Counted from the first letter of the stretch, positions 28,161 to 37,401 are shown. The stretch: 64,000 nucleotides of DNA from Fibrobacterota bacterium (GCA_023436205.1 JAEZKC010000055.1:9542-73541); one strand, 5' to 3'. Made by a program: numbers and translations. Notes: generated from the letters alone by a model not told the origin.

Positions 28161-29284
28161 AAATAGACAACGATATCACCAGCCCCTCAAAAATCCTGAT
28201 CCTTCAAGGCGATGATTCCATCGGAAAGGAACGTGCCAGGGTGCGTTTCATCGAGCAGGTCCAGGCTTTTCACGGCCAGTGCGCTCTTGAACGCTACGAT
28301 TCATCGGCAGAGAAATTGACCGATTTTCTTCAGCGCATGATCACCCCGTCTCTCTTTCAGGATATCCGTGTTTTCAGCATCGGCCATGTGCAGTCTCTCT
28401 CCGATGGTGAACTCAAAGAGCTCAAGGGCATGCTCGATCACGATATTCCCGATGTCTATCTGCTCCTTGAGGCTGAACCGGAAAAGAAAGGTTCTGCCGA
28501 GTCCAGAGTTTCCAAACTGCTGGGGCTCAAAAAACTTGCCGGCAAGTCCTCCATCGCTGTTCAGGACTATACCCGTCCACCTGATTATAAACTGGCTCAA
28601 TGGCTCATCTCTCAGGTTCCCGTGCTCTTCAACCGTACCATTGGTAAAGATGAGGCTGAACTGCTCATTGACATGGTAGGGCATGATCTGGATTCTCTCT
28701 ATTCGGAGCTTCAGAAAATCGATATCAATCTGGCTCCCAGGGTACCGATTGATAAAGAGATCATTGAGGAGATCTGCGGTGCCGTGCGTACTATGACCGT
28801 CTATGAGCTGGCCACTGCTCTTGGAGAGAAGAATTTCGTGCGTGCCCTTCAGGTGCTTGATTCTCTTTACAATTCCGGTTTTTACGCGCCCACAGTGGTA
28901 TCAGCCCTCTTTCGACACTTCTGGGCGCTTTTCAGGATTAAGAAATTCCTGCAGAAGAATCCTAACGTGCTTAAACAGTTTAACACCAAAGGGTATGGAC
29001 CCGATTCTCCTCAGAGCGAAGCCGCATTCGCTATCGGTAAAGCAGGGGGCCTCCTGGGTGAGAACGACAAACGCAAGGTGTTTCCGGTCATTATTCAGTC
29101 TAACATTGTAAAACATGCTTCGCACTTCAGTGAAACTGACCTCAAACGTGTTCTGAAAATGATTCAGGAATTCGATGTGGGTGTAAAGACCGGCAAGGTG
29201 GATCCCGTTCAGCAGGTGCTCCAGATGTTCTGTTATAAAATTATCAGGGTGTCTCAATGTGTGCAGACCGGAGTTGCCGCATGA
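28157..29284 (+). CDS. holA: DNA polymerase III delta subunit (probable)
   Basis: About 375 aa, helical. N-terminal clamp-loader-like region (ILILQGDDSIGKE..) and a typical length and position. I see no strong diagnostic motif. Confidence 0.55.
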   Translation: MKIDNDITSPSKILILQGDDSIGKERARVRFIEQVQAFHGQCALERYDSSAEKLTDFLQRMITPSLFQDIRVFSIGHVQSLSDGELKELKGMLDHDIPDVYLLLEAEPEKKGSAESRVSKLLGLKKLAGKSSIAVQDYTRPPDYKLAQWLISQVPVLFNRTIGKDEAELLIDMVGHDLDSLYSELQKIDINLAPRVPIDKEIIEEICGAVRTMTVYELATALGEKNFVRALQVLDSLYNSGFYAPTVVSALFRHFWALFRIKKFLQKNPNVLKQFNTKGYGPDSPQSEAAFAIGKAGGLLGENDKRKVFPVIIQSNIVKHASHFSETDLKRVLKMIQEFDVGVKTGKVDPVQQVLQMFCYKIIRVSQCVQTGVAA

Positions 29285-30021
29285 GATATTTCTGCCGAGT
29301 TGAATATGAAGGCACCCGGTATGGCGGGTGGCAGTATCAGCCGAATTGTGTAAGTGTTCAGCAGGTGCTTGAGGAAGTGTTGTCTGTCGTATTGCGAAGC
29401 CCTACCAGCATCACTGGTGCAGGAAGAACCGATGCCGGAGTTCATGCAAGGGGTCAGGGAATGCACTTCGATGCTCCAGTGGGGATCGACATTCGCAAGA
29501 CGATACTCTCGGTCAACTCACTGCTTCCTTCAGATATCGCTGTTTATGATCTTCAGCCCGTTAGTGATGAATTCCATGCTCGTTACTGGGCACTCAGTCG
29601 CAAGTATACCTATTACTTTTCCGATCGCAAAAACCCTCTTAATCATAAACGGGTGTGGATGCTTTATTATAATGTTGATTGGGATAAAGTATCACAGGAA
29701 GCTCTCTCCTTACGCGGCACTCATGACTTTGCCGCGTTTTGCGCTTCGGGCAGCGATTCGTCAAATACGCTCTGCTCAGTTACTGATGTCCAGCTTTCCT
29801 GCAGAAACGGAATTAGAATGTTTTCAATAGAAGCAAACAGGTTTATCTACAAGATGGTTCGTTCTCTCGTGGGCACTTTGGTGGACATTGGCAGAGGCCG
29901 CCTGAGTGATTCGTTAGAGGCCATTGTTGCCTCTAAGGACAGAAACAGGGTGGGGGAGACTGCTCCCGCTTCAGGACTGGTTCTTGAATGGGTCAGTTAT
30001 TCCCCGGAGGCGTGCTCATGA
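29281..30021 (+). CDS. truA: tRNA pseudouridine(38-40) synthase
   Basis: MRYFCRVEYEGTRYGGWQYQPN and the catalytic GAGRTDAGVHA motif. The start is set at the ATG at 29281. Confidence 0.9.
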   Translation: MRYFCRVEYEGTRYGGWQYQPNCVSVQQVLEEVLSVVLRSPTSITGAGRTDAGVHARGQGMHFDAPVGIDIRKTILSVNSLLPSDIAVYDLQPVSDEFHARYWALSRKYTYYFSDRKNPLNHKRVWMLYYNVDWDKVSQEALSLRGTHDFAAFCASGSDSSNTLCSVTDVQLSCRNGIRMFSIEANRFIYKMVRSLVGTLVDIGRGRLSDSLEAIVASKDRNRVGETAPASGLVLEWVSYSPEACS

Positions 30022-31256
30022 AAAACAGTGCTGCAAAGATAAGCTTCGGGCTGGTGTTTCTGGTCTTGGGGATGGCTGCTGGCTTTTTTCTGGGCGGGGA
30101 GATTATCAGACGCATTTACACGGATACACTCCTGCAGGATGAAACTGCACTTCAGAATCCACTCTCCACTGAAACTTCCTCAGCCGTGCAGAATCAACCG
30201 GTTTTGGGTCAGAATACGAATGATGATATCTCTCAGTCAAGAGGAAATGCAATCGTTAGGGCAACTCGTCATGTCGCTCCAAGCGTTGTGGGAATAGTTG
30301 TTACTCAGATTCAGGTTGTGCGCAGCCCCTACTACAATGATGATTTCTTTGATTTCTTTTTCAGTGGCCCTGAGCTTATGCCTCGCTATCGCCAGGTGGA
30401 AAGCATGGGCTCCGGCTTTGTCATCCGTGACGATGGAATAATTCTCACTAACTTCCATGTGGTGCAGAACGCAGCCAAACTGTATGTGAACTTCCCTGAT
30501 GGTCGTAGAATCGAAGGTAAAGTGATCGGTACAGATGAAAAGTCGGATCTGGCGGTTATCTCTGTAAGCGGAAGAAATTTCAGAACTGTCAAATTCGGGA
30601 ACTCCGATCAGTGTCTCATTGGTGAATGGGGGATCGCCATTGGTAACCCGTTCCTTAATTTCATCAACGATGCTCATCCCACGGTTACTGTTGGAGTGGT
30701 AAGTGCCCTCAACAGGAATTTCGCACCCTCCGAAGGGGTATATTATCAGGGAATGATCCAGACTGACGCGGCAATCAACCCCGGAAATTCAGGTGGTCCG
30801 CTGGTAAATGCAAATGGAGAAGTGATTGGTATTAATACCTTTATCTACACCGGTGGCTCAAACAACAAGGGATCCATCGGAATCGGTTTCGCCATTCCCA
30901 TTAACAGGGCAAGGCGTGTGGCAGAGGAGCTTATCACTCATGGAAAAAGGCGTCAGGTCTGGACCGGTATCTCCGTTCAGAACATGAACCGTTCCGTCGC
31001 TCAGGCGCTTGGGTACGACAGCGTGGATGGTGTTGTGGTTGTAAGTGTACAGCCTAACAGCCCGGGAGCCGCTGCAGATCTCAAACCCGGTGATGTCATT
31101 AAGAAAATGGGTAATCGGGTGATTCACACCCATGCCGATATCGATGGGTTTTTTCTGGATTACTTTGTCGATGACAAAGTGGAAATGCATATCATCAGAA
31201 GTGGTAAGCCGCTCATGGCAGATCTGGTTCTGAAGGAATTTCCCGGTCCAAAATAG
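30018..31256 (+). CDS. htrA: HtrA/DegP-family serine protease with PDZ domain
   Basis: Trypsin-like triad context (TNFHVV.., DLAVI, GNSGGPLVN) plus a C-terminal PDZ domain (GVVVVSVQPNSPGAAADLKPGDVI). N-terminal membrane anchor. Confidence 0.9.
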   Translation: MKNSAAKISFGLVFLVLGMAAGFFLGGEIIRRIYTDTLLQDETALQNPLSTETSSAVQNQPVLGQNTNDDISQSRGNAIVRATRHVAPSVVGIVVTQIQVVRSPYYNDDFFDFFFSGPELMPRYRQVESMGSGFVIRDDGIILTNFHVVQNAAKLYVNFPDGRRIEGKVIGTDEKSDLAVISVSGRNFRTVKFGNSDQCLIGEWGIAIGNPFLNFINDAHPTVTVGVVSALNRNFAPSEGVYYQGMIQTDAAINPGNSGGPLVNANGEVIGINTFIYTGGSNNKGSIGIGFAIPINRARRVAEELITHGKRRQVWTGISVQNMNRSVAQALGYDSVDGVVVVSVQPNSPGAAADLKPGDVIKKMGNRVIHTHADIDGFFLDYFVDDKVEMHIIRSGKPLMADLVLKEFPGPK

Positions 31257-31311
31257 ACGGGGCATTTCGCAAATGTTATTTTTATTCTGCCGTCATTGAT
31301 TTGCGGCAGAT

Positions 31312-31638
31312 ATGTTCACAATGAAAGGAAATCAGGTTGCAATGGCTATCCCTCTTAAAGAAAAACGCGTGTCGACTTTGATTCTGGTTGTCCTTGTCGG
31401 AATATTGATTGGCTCATATCTCAATGCGGTAATCCAGATGCTGCCCGGTGGCGAAAACGTGGTGCGCACCTTCTTTACCTACACAGTGCCTTTCGGGATA
31501 GGCGATTTCGAGCATAACACTCCGGTGCTTATCGATCTTAATGCGATCCGCTTTCAACTGGGTTTCCAGATTCGTTTCAGCCTCCTTTCAATTCTGGGAA
31601 TTGTGCTGAGCCTATACTTTTTCCGTTGGTACAAATAA
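31312..31638 (+). CDS. Small membrane protein (DUF4321-like)
   Basis: Two hydrophobic helices flank a short beta-rich loop, ending ..LYFFRWYK. The start may be the internal ATG at 31342. Confidence 0.45.
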   Translation: MFTMKGNQVAMAIPLKEKRVSTLILVVLVGILIGSYLNAVIQMLPGGENVVRTFFTYTVPFGIGDFEHNTPVLIDLNAIRFQLGFQIRFSLLSILGIVLSLYFFRWYK

Positions 31639-31662
31639 GACTTTTACTGAAAGGTTTGCCTG

Positions 31663-33099
31663 ATGGCTTTCTTTGAACAACCTGTTTCCGATATAGTAAA
31701 GCGCATAATAAAGAGGGAAGTTTCCTGCAGTAACCTCGTGCAATCGGCTCTCGATACCATTTCGCAAAAAGACAAAAACCTGCATTCCTTCATCTCCATG
31801 CAGAATGAAGAGGCACTCAAACGAGCTGATGAGCTTGACAGCCTTCCCCAGGAACAAAAAGAGAAAATGCCGCTTCTGGGGATTCCGGTTGCTGTAAAAG
31901 ACAATATCTGCACCAAGGGTGTGGCTACCACATGCGCTTCCAAAATGCTTCAGAATTTTGTCCCCCCCTACGATGCTTCTGTTGTGGAAATGCTCAGGGA
32001 TGCCGGTGCCGTTATTATCGGCAAAACCAATCTTGATGAGTTTGCAATGGGTTCCAGCACCGAAAACTCCTTTTTCGGGCCCACACTTAACCCCCACGAT
32101 GAAAGCAGAATCCCGGGGGGGTCCAGTGGAGGCAGCGCTGCGGCAGTCGGCGCCGGCCTGGTGCCTGTCGCTCTGGGTTCAGACACCGGCGGTTCCATCC
32201 GCCAGCCTTGCAGCCACTGTGGCGCAGTCGGCCTGAAACCCACTTATGGGCGGGTGTCCCGCTACGGACTCGTCGCATTCGCATCCTCCCTTGACCAGAT
32301 CGGCCCCATGGCTAGCGATGTGCGTGATATCGGCCTTTTGCTCTCGGTTATTTCACAGGCAGACAAAAGAGATTCAACCTGCGCCGGTAAACCCTATATC
32401 GATTCACCTGAACTCTATACTACCGATGTTAAGGGAATGCGTATTGGAATGCCCGCTGAATATTTCGGAGATGGTTTATCATCCGAAGTGCGGGGGAAAA
32501 TCGAAGAACTCCTTAAGAGATTCAAAGACGGCGGTGCGGAGATCGTTAATATCTCTTTGCCTAATCTTCAGTACGCCATTGCAACCTATTATATCGTATG
32601 TACCGCTGAGGCATCTTCGAACCTGGCCCGCTATGACGGAGTGAAGTATGGTTTCAGGGCTCCGGATGCTAAATCACTTTCGGATATGTACATGGAAACC
32701 CGCGAGCAGGGCTTCGGATCCGAAGTCAAGCGCCGTGTCATGCTTGGAACTTATGTGCTGTCTTCAGGTTATTACGATGCCTATTACCTCAAGGCCGCCA
32801 GGGTTCGCACGTTGATAAGCAAGGATTTCAGAAACGCATTTGGTTCCTGCGATTTCATCGTTTCGCCGGTCACTCCCACTCCTGCATTTAAAATAGGGGA
32901 GAAGACTGAAGATCCTCTGCAGATGTATTTGACAGATATCTATACTGTATCTGCCAATCTTGCCGGTATACCGGGGATTAGTGTTCCCTGCGGAACTGTC
33001 GATTCGCTTCCGGTCGGTGTGCAGTTCATGGCTCCTGAATGGCGGGAGGATGTTCTGCTCAAGGCTGCTTTCGCTGCACAGGAACTCTCATCCAGATAG
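31663..33099 (+). CDS. gatA: Asp-tRNA(Asn)/Glu-tRNA(Gln) amidotransferase subunit A
   Basis: Amidase signature [25 protein letters not shown]. GatA-type termini. Confidence 0.9.
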   Translation: MAFFEQPVSDIVKRIIKREVSCSNLVQSALDTISQKDKNLHSFISMQNEEALKRADELDSLPQEQKEKMPLLGIPVAVKDNICTKGVATTCASKMLQNFVPPYDASVVEMLRDAGAVIIGKTNLDEFAMGSSTENSFFGPTLNPHDESRIPGGSSGGSAAAVGAGLVPVALGSDTGGSIRQPCSHCGAVGLKPTYGRVSRYGLVAFASSLDQIGPMASDVRDIGLLLSVISQADKRDSTCAGKPYIDSPELYTTDVKGMRIGMPAEYFGDGLSSEVRGKIEELLKRFKDGGAEIVNISLPNLQYAIATYYIVCTAEASSNLARYDGVKYGFRAPDAKSLSDMYMETREQGFGSEVKRRVMLGTYVLSSGYYDAYYLKAARVRTLISKDFRNAFGSCDFIVSPVTPTPAFKIGEKTEDPLQMYLTDIYTVSANLAGIPGISVPCGTVDSLPVGVQFMAPEWREDVLLKAAFAAQELSSR

Positions 33100-33107
33100 G
33101 GGAGTGC

Positions 33108-33635
33108 ATGCATTCACGTTTCCGGAACTATGCCGCTGTGCTGTTGGGCATTCTGGCTTATGTTCTGTTTTCCGGAAACGGCTGCGCACCTTCGGTCCGC
33201 TACGCACGGGATAATCCCCCCGAAATGGAATGGTTCCCTTCCGAAAAGAACAGTTCATCCCCAGTTGCATCCGCTAAACTTCAAAAAGCAGTTTCTTCCT
33301 ATCTGGGGGTAAGATACAAATATGGCGGCATGAGCCGGGAGGGGCTTGACTGTTCAGGTTTTGTCAGCCTCGTTTACAAAGAAGTCTATGGAATGTCGCT
33401 TCCCCGCTCATCGGGTAAACAGTGGAAAGAGGGGCGTATTGTACCGCCCGCCACCGCAGTTCCCGGTGACCTCATTTTTTTCAGAGGCGGAATGTTCAAT
33501 GGGATAAATCATGTGGGAATTTACATGGGCGGGAACAGATTCGTTCACGCCAGCAGCTCTAACGGGGTAATCTACAGCACCATGACAGATCCCTACTATT
33601 CCCGTCGTTTCGCAGCCATAAGGAGAATGTTTTGA
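33108..33635 (+). CDS. NlpC/P60 (C40) cell-wall peptidase lipoprotein
   Basis: Lipobox (LFSGNGC), catalytic GLDCSGFV and HVGIYMG motifs. The start is set at MHSRFRNY. Confidence 0.8.
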   Translation: MHSRFRNYAAVLLGILAYVLFSGNGCAPSVRYARDNPPEMEWFPSEKNSSSPVASAKLQKAVSSYLGVRYKYGGMSREGLDCSGFVSLVYKEVYGMSLPRSSGKQWKEGRIVPPATAVPGDLIFFRGGMFNGINHVGIYMGGNRFVHASSSNGVIYSTMTDPYYSRRFAAIRRMF

Positions 33636-34504
33636 ATACGGTTACGTTTGCCGGAGAAAAAGGATCATACAGTGAGCTCGCAGCACTTGAGTATTTTGGA
33701 CCATCTGTTGACCTTCGCAGTGTTTCCGAGTTCGAGGACGTTTTTAAAAGCGTAAAGCAGGGAAAAACCACCTTCGGCATTGTTCCCATCGAAAACTCTC
33801 TGGCCGGAAGCATTCATCAGAATTATGATCAGCTTCTTGAAAGCAAACTGCACATAGTGGGAGAAATCTACTTGCGTATTAACCACTATCTGATTGCCAA
33901 TAAGGGAGCAACGCTTAAATCAGTAAATAAGGTGTACTCCCATCCGCAGGCCCTTGCTCAATGTAAACAGTATCTGAAGAAATTCCATCGCGGCTCTTTA
34001 GTGCCGGTTTCAAACACCGCTCTGGCAGTGAAAAAAATCCGTGATGAAAAGCTTGTAGATGCCGCAGCCATCGCATCCATGCAGGCTGCCATCGATTTTG
34101 ACATGGATGTGCTCGATTCAAATATCGAAGACAACCCGTACAACACCACCCGTTTTCTCATTATAAGCAGAAAACCGGTCAAGCCGGCATCGGGGGAAAT
34201 AAAAACCTCGGTGGTGTTCTCCGTAAAAAACATGCCCGGTGCGCTGTTCAAGGCTCTGAGCGTGTTTGCGCTCCGGGACGTCGACCTCTTTAAAATCGAA
34301 TCAAGGCCAGTTCATGGTGTCGGTTTCGAGTATCTCTTTTATTTGGACTGCAAAGGGGATATCAGAGACATCGCTTTAATGAATGCCGTTTCTCACCTCA
34401 AGGAGATCACCACGTTTTACCGGCTGCTTGGGTCGTATAATGTGGGCAAAGAGGTGCAGCCCAGATACAAAGGGAAAAGCAGAAAAAACAAAAAGCCCCG
34501 ATAA
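33632..34504 (+). CDS. pheA: Prephenate dehydratase with ACT domain
   Basis: VTFAGEKGSYSELAA.., SHPQALAQC and TTRF motifs, with a C-terminal ACT region (ALSVFALRDVDLFKIESRP). Confidence 0.85.
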   Translation: MNTVTFAGEKGSYSELAALEYFGPSVDLRSVSEFEDVFKSVKQGKTTFGIVPIENSLAGSIHQNYDQLLESKLHIVGEIYLRINHYLIANKGATLKSVNKVYSHPQALAQCKQYLKKFHRGSLVPVSNTALAVKKIRDEKLVDAAAIASMQAAIDFDMDVLDSNIEDNPYNTTRFLIISRKPVKPASGEIKTSVVFSVKNMPGALFKALSVFALRDVDLFKIESRPVHGVGFEYLFYLDCKGDIRDIALMNAVSHLKEITTFYRLLGSYNVGKEVQPRYKGKSRKNKKPR

Positions 34505-34517
34505 TGCTACCGGGGCT
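34478..34517 (-). terminator. Rho-independent terminator of rpmB (overlaps the pheA stop)
   Basis: The minus strand reads AGCCCCG-gtagcattat-CGGGGCT followed by TTTTGTTTTTTCT. Confidence 0.7.
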
Positions 34518-34541
34518 ACAATTCCAATTCACTGTCAGGGC

Positions 34542-34724
34542 TTAGGACTTGGCCATAGCCTTGAGGCACTTCATGCAGATTTTGATCCGCTTGGATGTAC
34601 CATTGACAACCTGCTTGATTGTGCGAAGGTTGGGATAGAATATTCTTTTGCTTACGTTGTGGGCATGGGAAATCGTGTTGCCCGACTGCGGGTGCTTGCC
34701 GCAAACTTCACATGTTTTGGACAT
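34542..34724 (-). CDS. rpmB: 50S ribosomal protein L28
   Basis: MSKTCEVCGKHPQSGNTISHAHNVSKRIFYPNL is the canonical L28 N-terminus. 60 aa. Confidence 0.9.
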   Translation of the reverse strand: MSKTCEVCGKHPQSGNTISHAHNVSKRIFYPNLRTIKQVVNGTSKRIKICMKCLKAMAKS

Positions 34725-34892
34725 ATATCCTCCAGATAGCTATTTTAGTTTCCCGAACAAACCGCTAATATAGCTAATGCATCGCTGCAAGTCAAAGCTA
34801 AACTAATGAATTAGATAAATGTTTGGTCCAGTCAAATTATCGGTTTGACATCATTTATATTTTTTCTAACAACTTAAAAAAGGTATAAGCAA

Positions 34893-35552
34893 ATGCTGGA
34901 GAATTTAAAACCTGCTTTTAATAATGTATTACGACCGATAATGAAAGTCTTCGCCTGGGCGGGAGTACATCCCAATCATCTTACCATTGCGGGGGTGGCG
35001 CTGTTTGGTGCTGCCGGGTATCTGGCCTCCACCGGGAAATGGCACTGGGCCTTGGGAATGCTGATCGCCGGTGCTCTCATGGATGGGCTGGATGGTCAGC
35101 TCGCGCGGGAATGCGGCAAAAAGTCCGTTTTTGGAGCAATCCTCGATTCAAGCTGCGATAGAATCACTGAAATGCTGCTTTTATTGGGTTTACTGGTATT
35201 CTACACACATCATTCCCTGTATAGCGGATGGGGTGTTTACCTCTGTTTTACCGCCATCTCCGGCTCTGTTCTGGTGAGTTATGTAAAGGCTCGCTGTGAA
35301 GGGGCTGGCGTGAGCTGCTCTCGAGGGCTGCTCCAGCGCCCCGAGCGTCTGATCCTTCTTGGTCTCGGCCTGCTTCTGGGCCCCAAGTCCATGGTCTGGA
35401 TTCTGGTTCTGGTGTCTGTTCTGGCCCTGGTCACCGTGATGGAGCGCCTCTTCATGGCCTCAGTCCAGTGCCGCTTCATTGATCAATCTAAAAATGCCGG
35501 CTCTTCAGGTTCGGGTGAGGCTCAAGCGAAGCAGTCCTCCGCCGAGGCATAA
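34893..35552 (+). CDS. CDP-alcohol phosphatidyltransferase family protein
   Basis: Motif DGLDGQLAR(x8)G(x3)D(x3)D (DGLDGQLARECGKKSVFGAILDSSCD) and multiple TM helices. The last ~9 codons lie in tandem array TR3. Confidence 0.8.
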   Translation: MLENLKPAFNNVLRPIMKVFAWAGVHPNHLTIAGVALFGAAGYLASTGKWHWALGMLIAGALMDGLDGQLARECGKKSVFGAILDSSCDRITEMLLLLGLLVFYTHHSLYSGWGVYLCFTAISGSVLVSYVKARCEGAGVSCSRGLLQRPERLILLGLGLLLGPKSMVWILVLVSVLALVTVMERLFMASVQCRFIDQSKNAGSSGSGEAQAKQSSAEA

Positions 35553-35659
35553 GGACTTTGTCCGATCTCGTGCATGCTGAGCAGTCCTCGGTCGAAGCAT
35601 GATCTGCCCGTTCCGTTCGTGCTGAGCAGTCCTCGGTCGAAGCATGATCTTATAATTTA
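35526..35659 (+). repeat. Tandem array TR3: about 2.8 copies of a 45-50-nt unit
   Basis: The exact 30-mer gctgagcagtcctcggtcgaagcatgatct occurs at 35576 and 35621. A diverged first unit (gcgaagcagtcctccgccgaggcataagga) starts at 35526. The array abuts repeat copy D. Confidence 0.85.
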
Positions 35660-35748
35660 TTAACGGCGAAGACGCCTCGTAGGTCACCAGTACCTTCTCC
35701 CGCACTGCAGCCTTATCAAAGATAGTCATCAGAGTTTATCAAACACGA
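35660..35748 (-). repeat. Dispersed ~90-nt element, copy D
   Basis: The plus strand reads ttaacggcgaagacgcctcgtaggtcaccagtaccttctcccgcactgcagccttatcaaagatagtcatcagagtttatcaaacacg. Confidence 0.85.
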
Positions 35749-35797
35749 GGTTTCGGAAATTTTGTCGGCAATTAATCCAGCTTTTGGGAATAAAAAG

Positions 35798-36694
35798 TTA
35801 AGTTGCGATTCTCCTCCGTAACTCATTAATGGCTTCCTTCGATAATCCTGTATACAGTGCTATATTTTCATCGCTTTCACCATTTTTGATCATCACTATT
35901 GCGATCTCGGTAGTTCTTTTATCTCTACCCTCGACTTTACCTTCGAGTTTACCCTCAAGCCTACCCTCATTTCTACCCTCTTCCTTCGCGGTATCCAATG
36001 AATTTTTAAGATCGCGATAGACCTTGAGGCTATCTTCATAGGCATCGATTTCTACTGGACTGAATTTGGCGATCTCGGCAATACTGAAAAGCTTCTCAAA
36101 CACCCGTTCCTGCAGTTTTGCCGGGCGGCTTTGAAGCTTCGGCAGATTCTTGAAAATATAGAGCCACTTATCGAAACGGGTTTCCAGCTCATCTTCACTT
36201 TTGTTGAAATTGGGCATTTGCAGATAAATAAAGGTGAGCTTATCGTAAAAAACATTTTTCTTATCTGTATCCATCAACTGTACATGGCTGACTATGGTTT
36301 TATCCCTGTTTTCATCTTCAAAGGTGAAATCCAGAATCGCAATCGTGTACACTGCTTTCAATTCATAGTCCCAGTCTCCCTGTTCAGCTTGTTCGGCTAT
36401 GGGAAACGTGGAATAATACACCGTTCTGTCCTTGAAAAAGCGTTGCTTTGTTTTCTGTATCTCAACAATAAATTTCTCGCCGCGGTCATTCTCACAGTAA
36501 AGATCGAATATCGCTTTCCGATCGATCGCAGTAGTACCGAGATATTCGGTTTTCTTATAGTTGAGATCTTTTATATGCTGCTCGCCTTTAAGCAGCTCGT
36601 TGAGAAAATCCATGAGCAGATCTTTATTGATCTCCTCTCCGAAAATCTTCTTGAATCCGAAATCGGTGAAAGGGTTTATGTACTTTTCTTTCAT
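35798..36694 (-). CDS. Rpn-family recombination-promoting nuclease / putative transposase (PD-(D/E)XK, PDDEXK_2-like)
   Basis: N-terminus MKEKYINPFTDFGFKKIFGEE..., then D..E.K-type core (IFDLYCENDRGEKFIVEIQK). C-terminal (L/V)EG(K/R) tetrapeptide repeats. Confidence 0.75.
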   Translation of the reverse strand: MKEKYINPFTDFGFKKIFGEEINKDLLMDFLNELLKGEQHIKDLNYKKTEYLGTTAIDRKAIFDLYCENDRGEKFIVEIQKTKQRFFKDRTVYYSTFPIAEQAEQGDWDYELKAVYTIAILDFTFEDENRDKTIVSHVQLMDTDKKNVFYDKLTFIYLQMPNFNKSEDELETRFDKWLYIFKNLPKLQSRPAKLQERVFEKLFSIAEIAKFSPVEIDAYEDSLKVYRDLKNSLDTAKEEGRNEGRLEGKLEGKVEGRDKRTTEIAIVMIKNGESDENIALYTGLSKEAINELRRRIAT

Positions 36695-36906
36695 GCTTAT
36701 ATCCAGGTATTTAGGCGATCTGGTTTGAAAAACACTGTTTTTCGGAGCGTAGTACTAAATTACGATAATGGGGGGAGAAGTGGTAAGGTTATTTAGGATA
36801 TTGCCTTCGTTTTGCTGGTTTCAGCCATTGTTTTTTTAAACTTATCTTGGTAGTCGAAAATTCCTGAAGAAAACAGAAAAAGTTAGTCCGTCCCCATCCT
36901 CAATCC

Positions 36907-37021
36907 CGTGGTCGATAGACTCCGGTCATAACATAGCAGGGAGACCCAAAGCCTGTCCTGTGCAAAGTTGAAGGGTCCGGAGATGCCTCCCCGCACCGGA
37001 CAGAGGCATCTTCACCGTTAA
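36907..37021 (+). repeat. Dispersed element, copy G (degenerate, with internal insertion)
   Basis: cgtggtcgatagactccggtcataacatagcagggagaccc...caccggacagaggcatcttcaccgttaa. The core 18-mer has 2 mismatches. Confidence 0.65.
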
Positions 37022-37026
37022 AGAAA

Positions 37027-37401
37027 ATGGTTTCGTTTTTTGAAAGCGAAACATGCCTTTCATTCAAACTCGCGGCTTATTTTGGAGAGATCATCAAAGC
37101 GGAAAAATGCGGTCACTGTTCCGTGTGCCTCTCGGGGAAACGAATGATGGAACCTGCGGCGGCACTTATTCCTGTAACTTCCCTGGATCTGCGGGACCTT
37201 ACTGAGCAATTTACCGCTTTGGCAAAAGACAAGGCCACCCCGATTGCCCTGACACGTTTCCTGTGCGGAATTACTTCGCCCATATTCACGCAACTTAAAG
37301 CCTCAAAGATGCGCGGGTTCGGATCGCTCGAGGAGTACCCGTTTAGCGATGTTATGTCGGCTGTTATGAAAGAGTTTGCCGAGCCTGTTTTGTGCAGATG
37401 A
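37027..37401 (+). pseudogene. 3' remnant of a RecQ-family helicase gene (Zn-binding/C-terminal region only)
   Basis: CLSFKLAAYFGEIIKAEKCGHCSVCLSG resembles the RecQ Zn-finger region (..YFGE..CG.CD.C). No helicase core precedes it, and the ORF begins 6 nt after repeat copy G. Confidence 0.5.

Larger units (their letters stand above)
35660..37021. mobile_element. Candidate TIR-bounded unit: inverted copies D and G of the ~90-nt element bracket an Rpn-family nuclease gene, with TTAA at both outer edges
   Basis: The outer boundaries read TTAA-CGGCGAAGACGCC... and ...GGCATCTTCACCG-TTAA. The same geometry recurs at 18080-19161 and 39275-39505. Mobility itself is inferred, not seen. Confidence 0.35.

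Noticed and set aside
36131-36796. 221-aa ORF on the plus strand
   Set aside because: It is antisense to the Rpn nuclease gene. The composition is low-complexity and hydrophobic, typical of a shadow frame.
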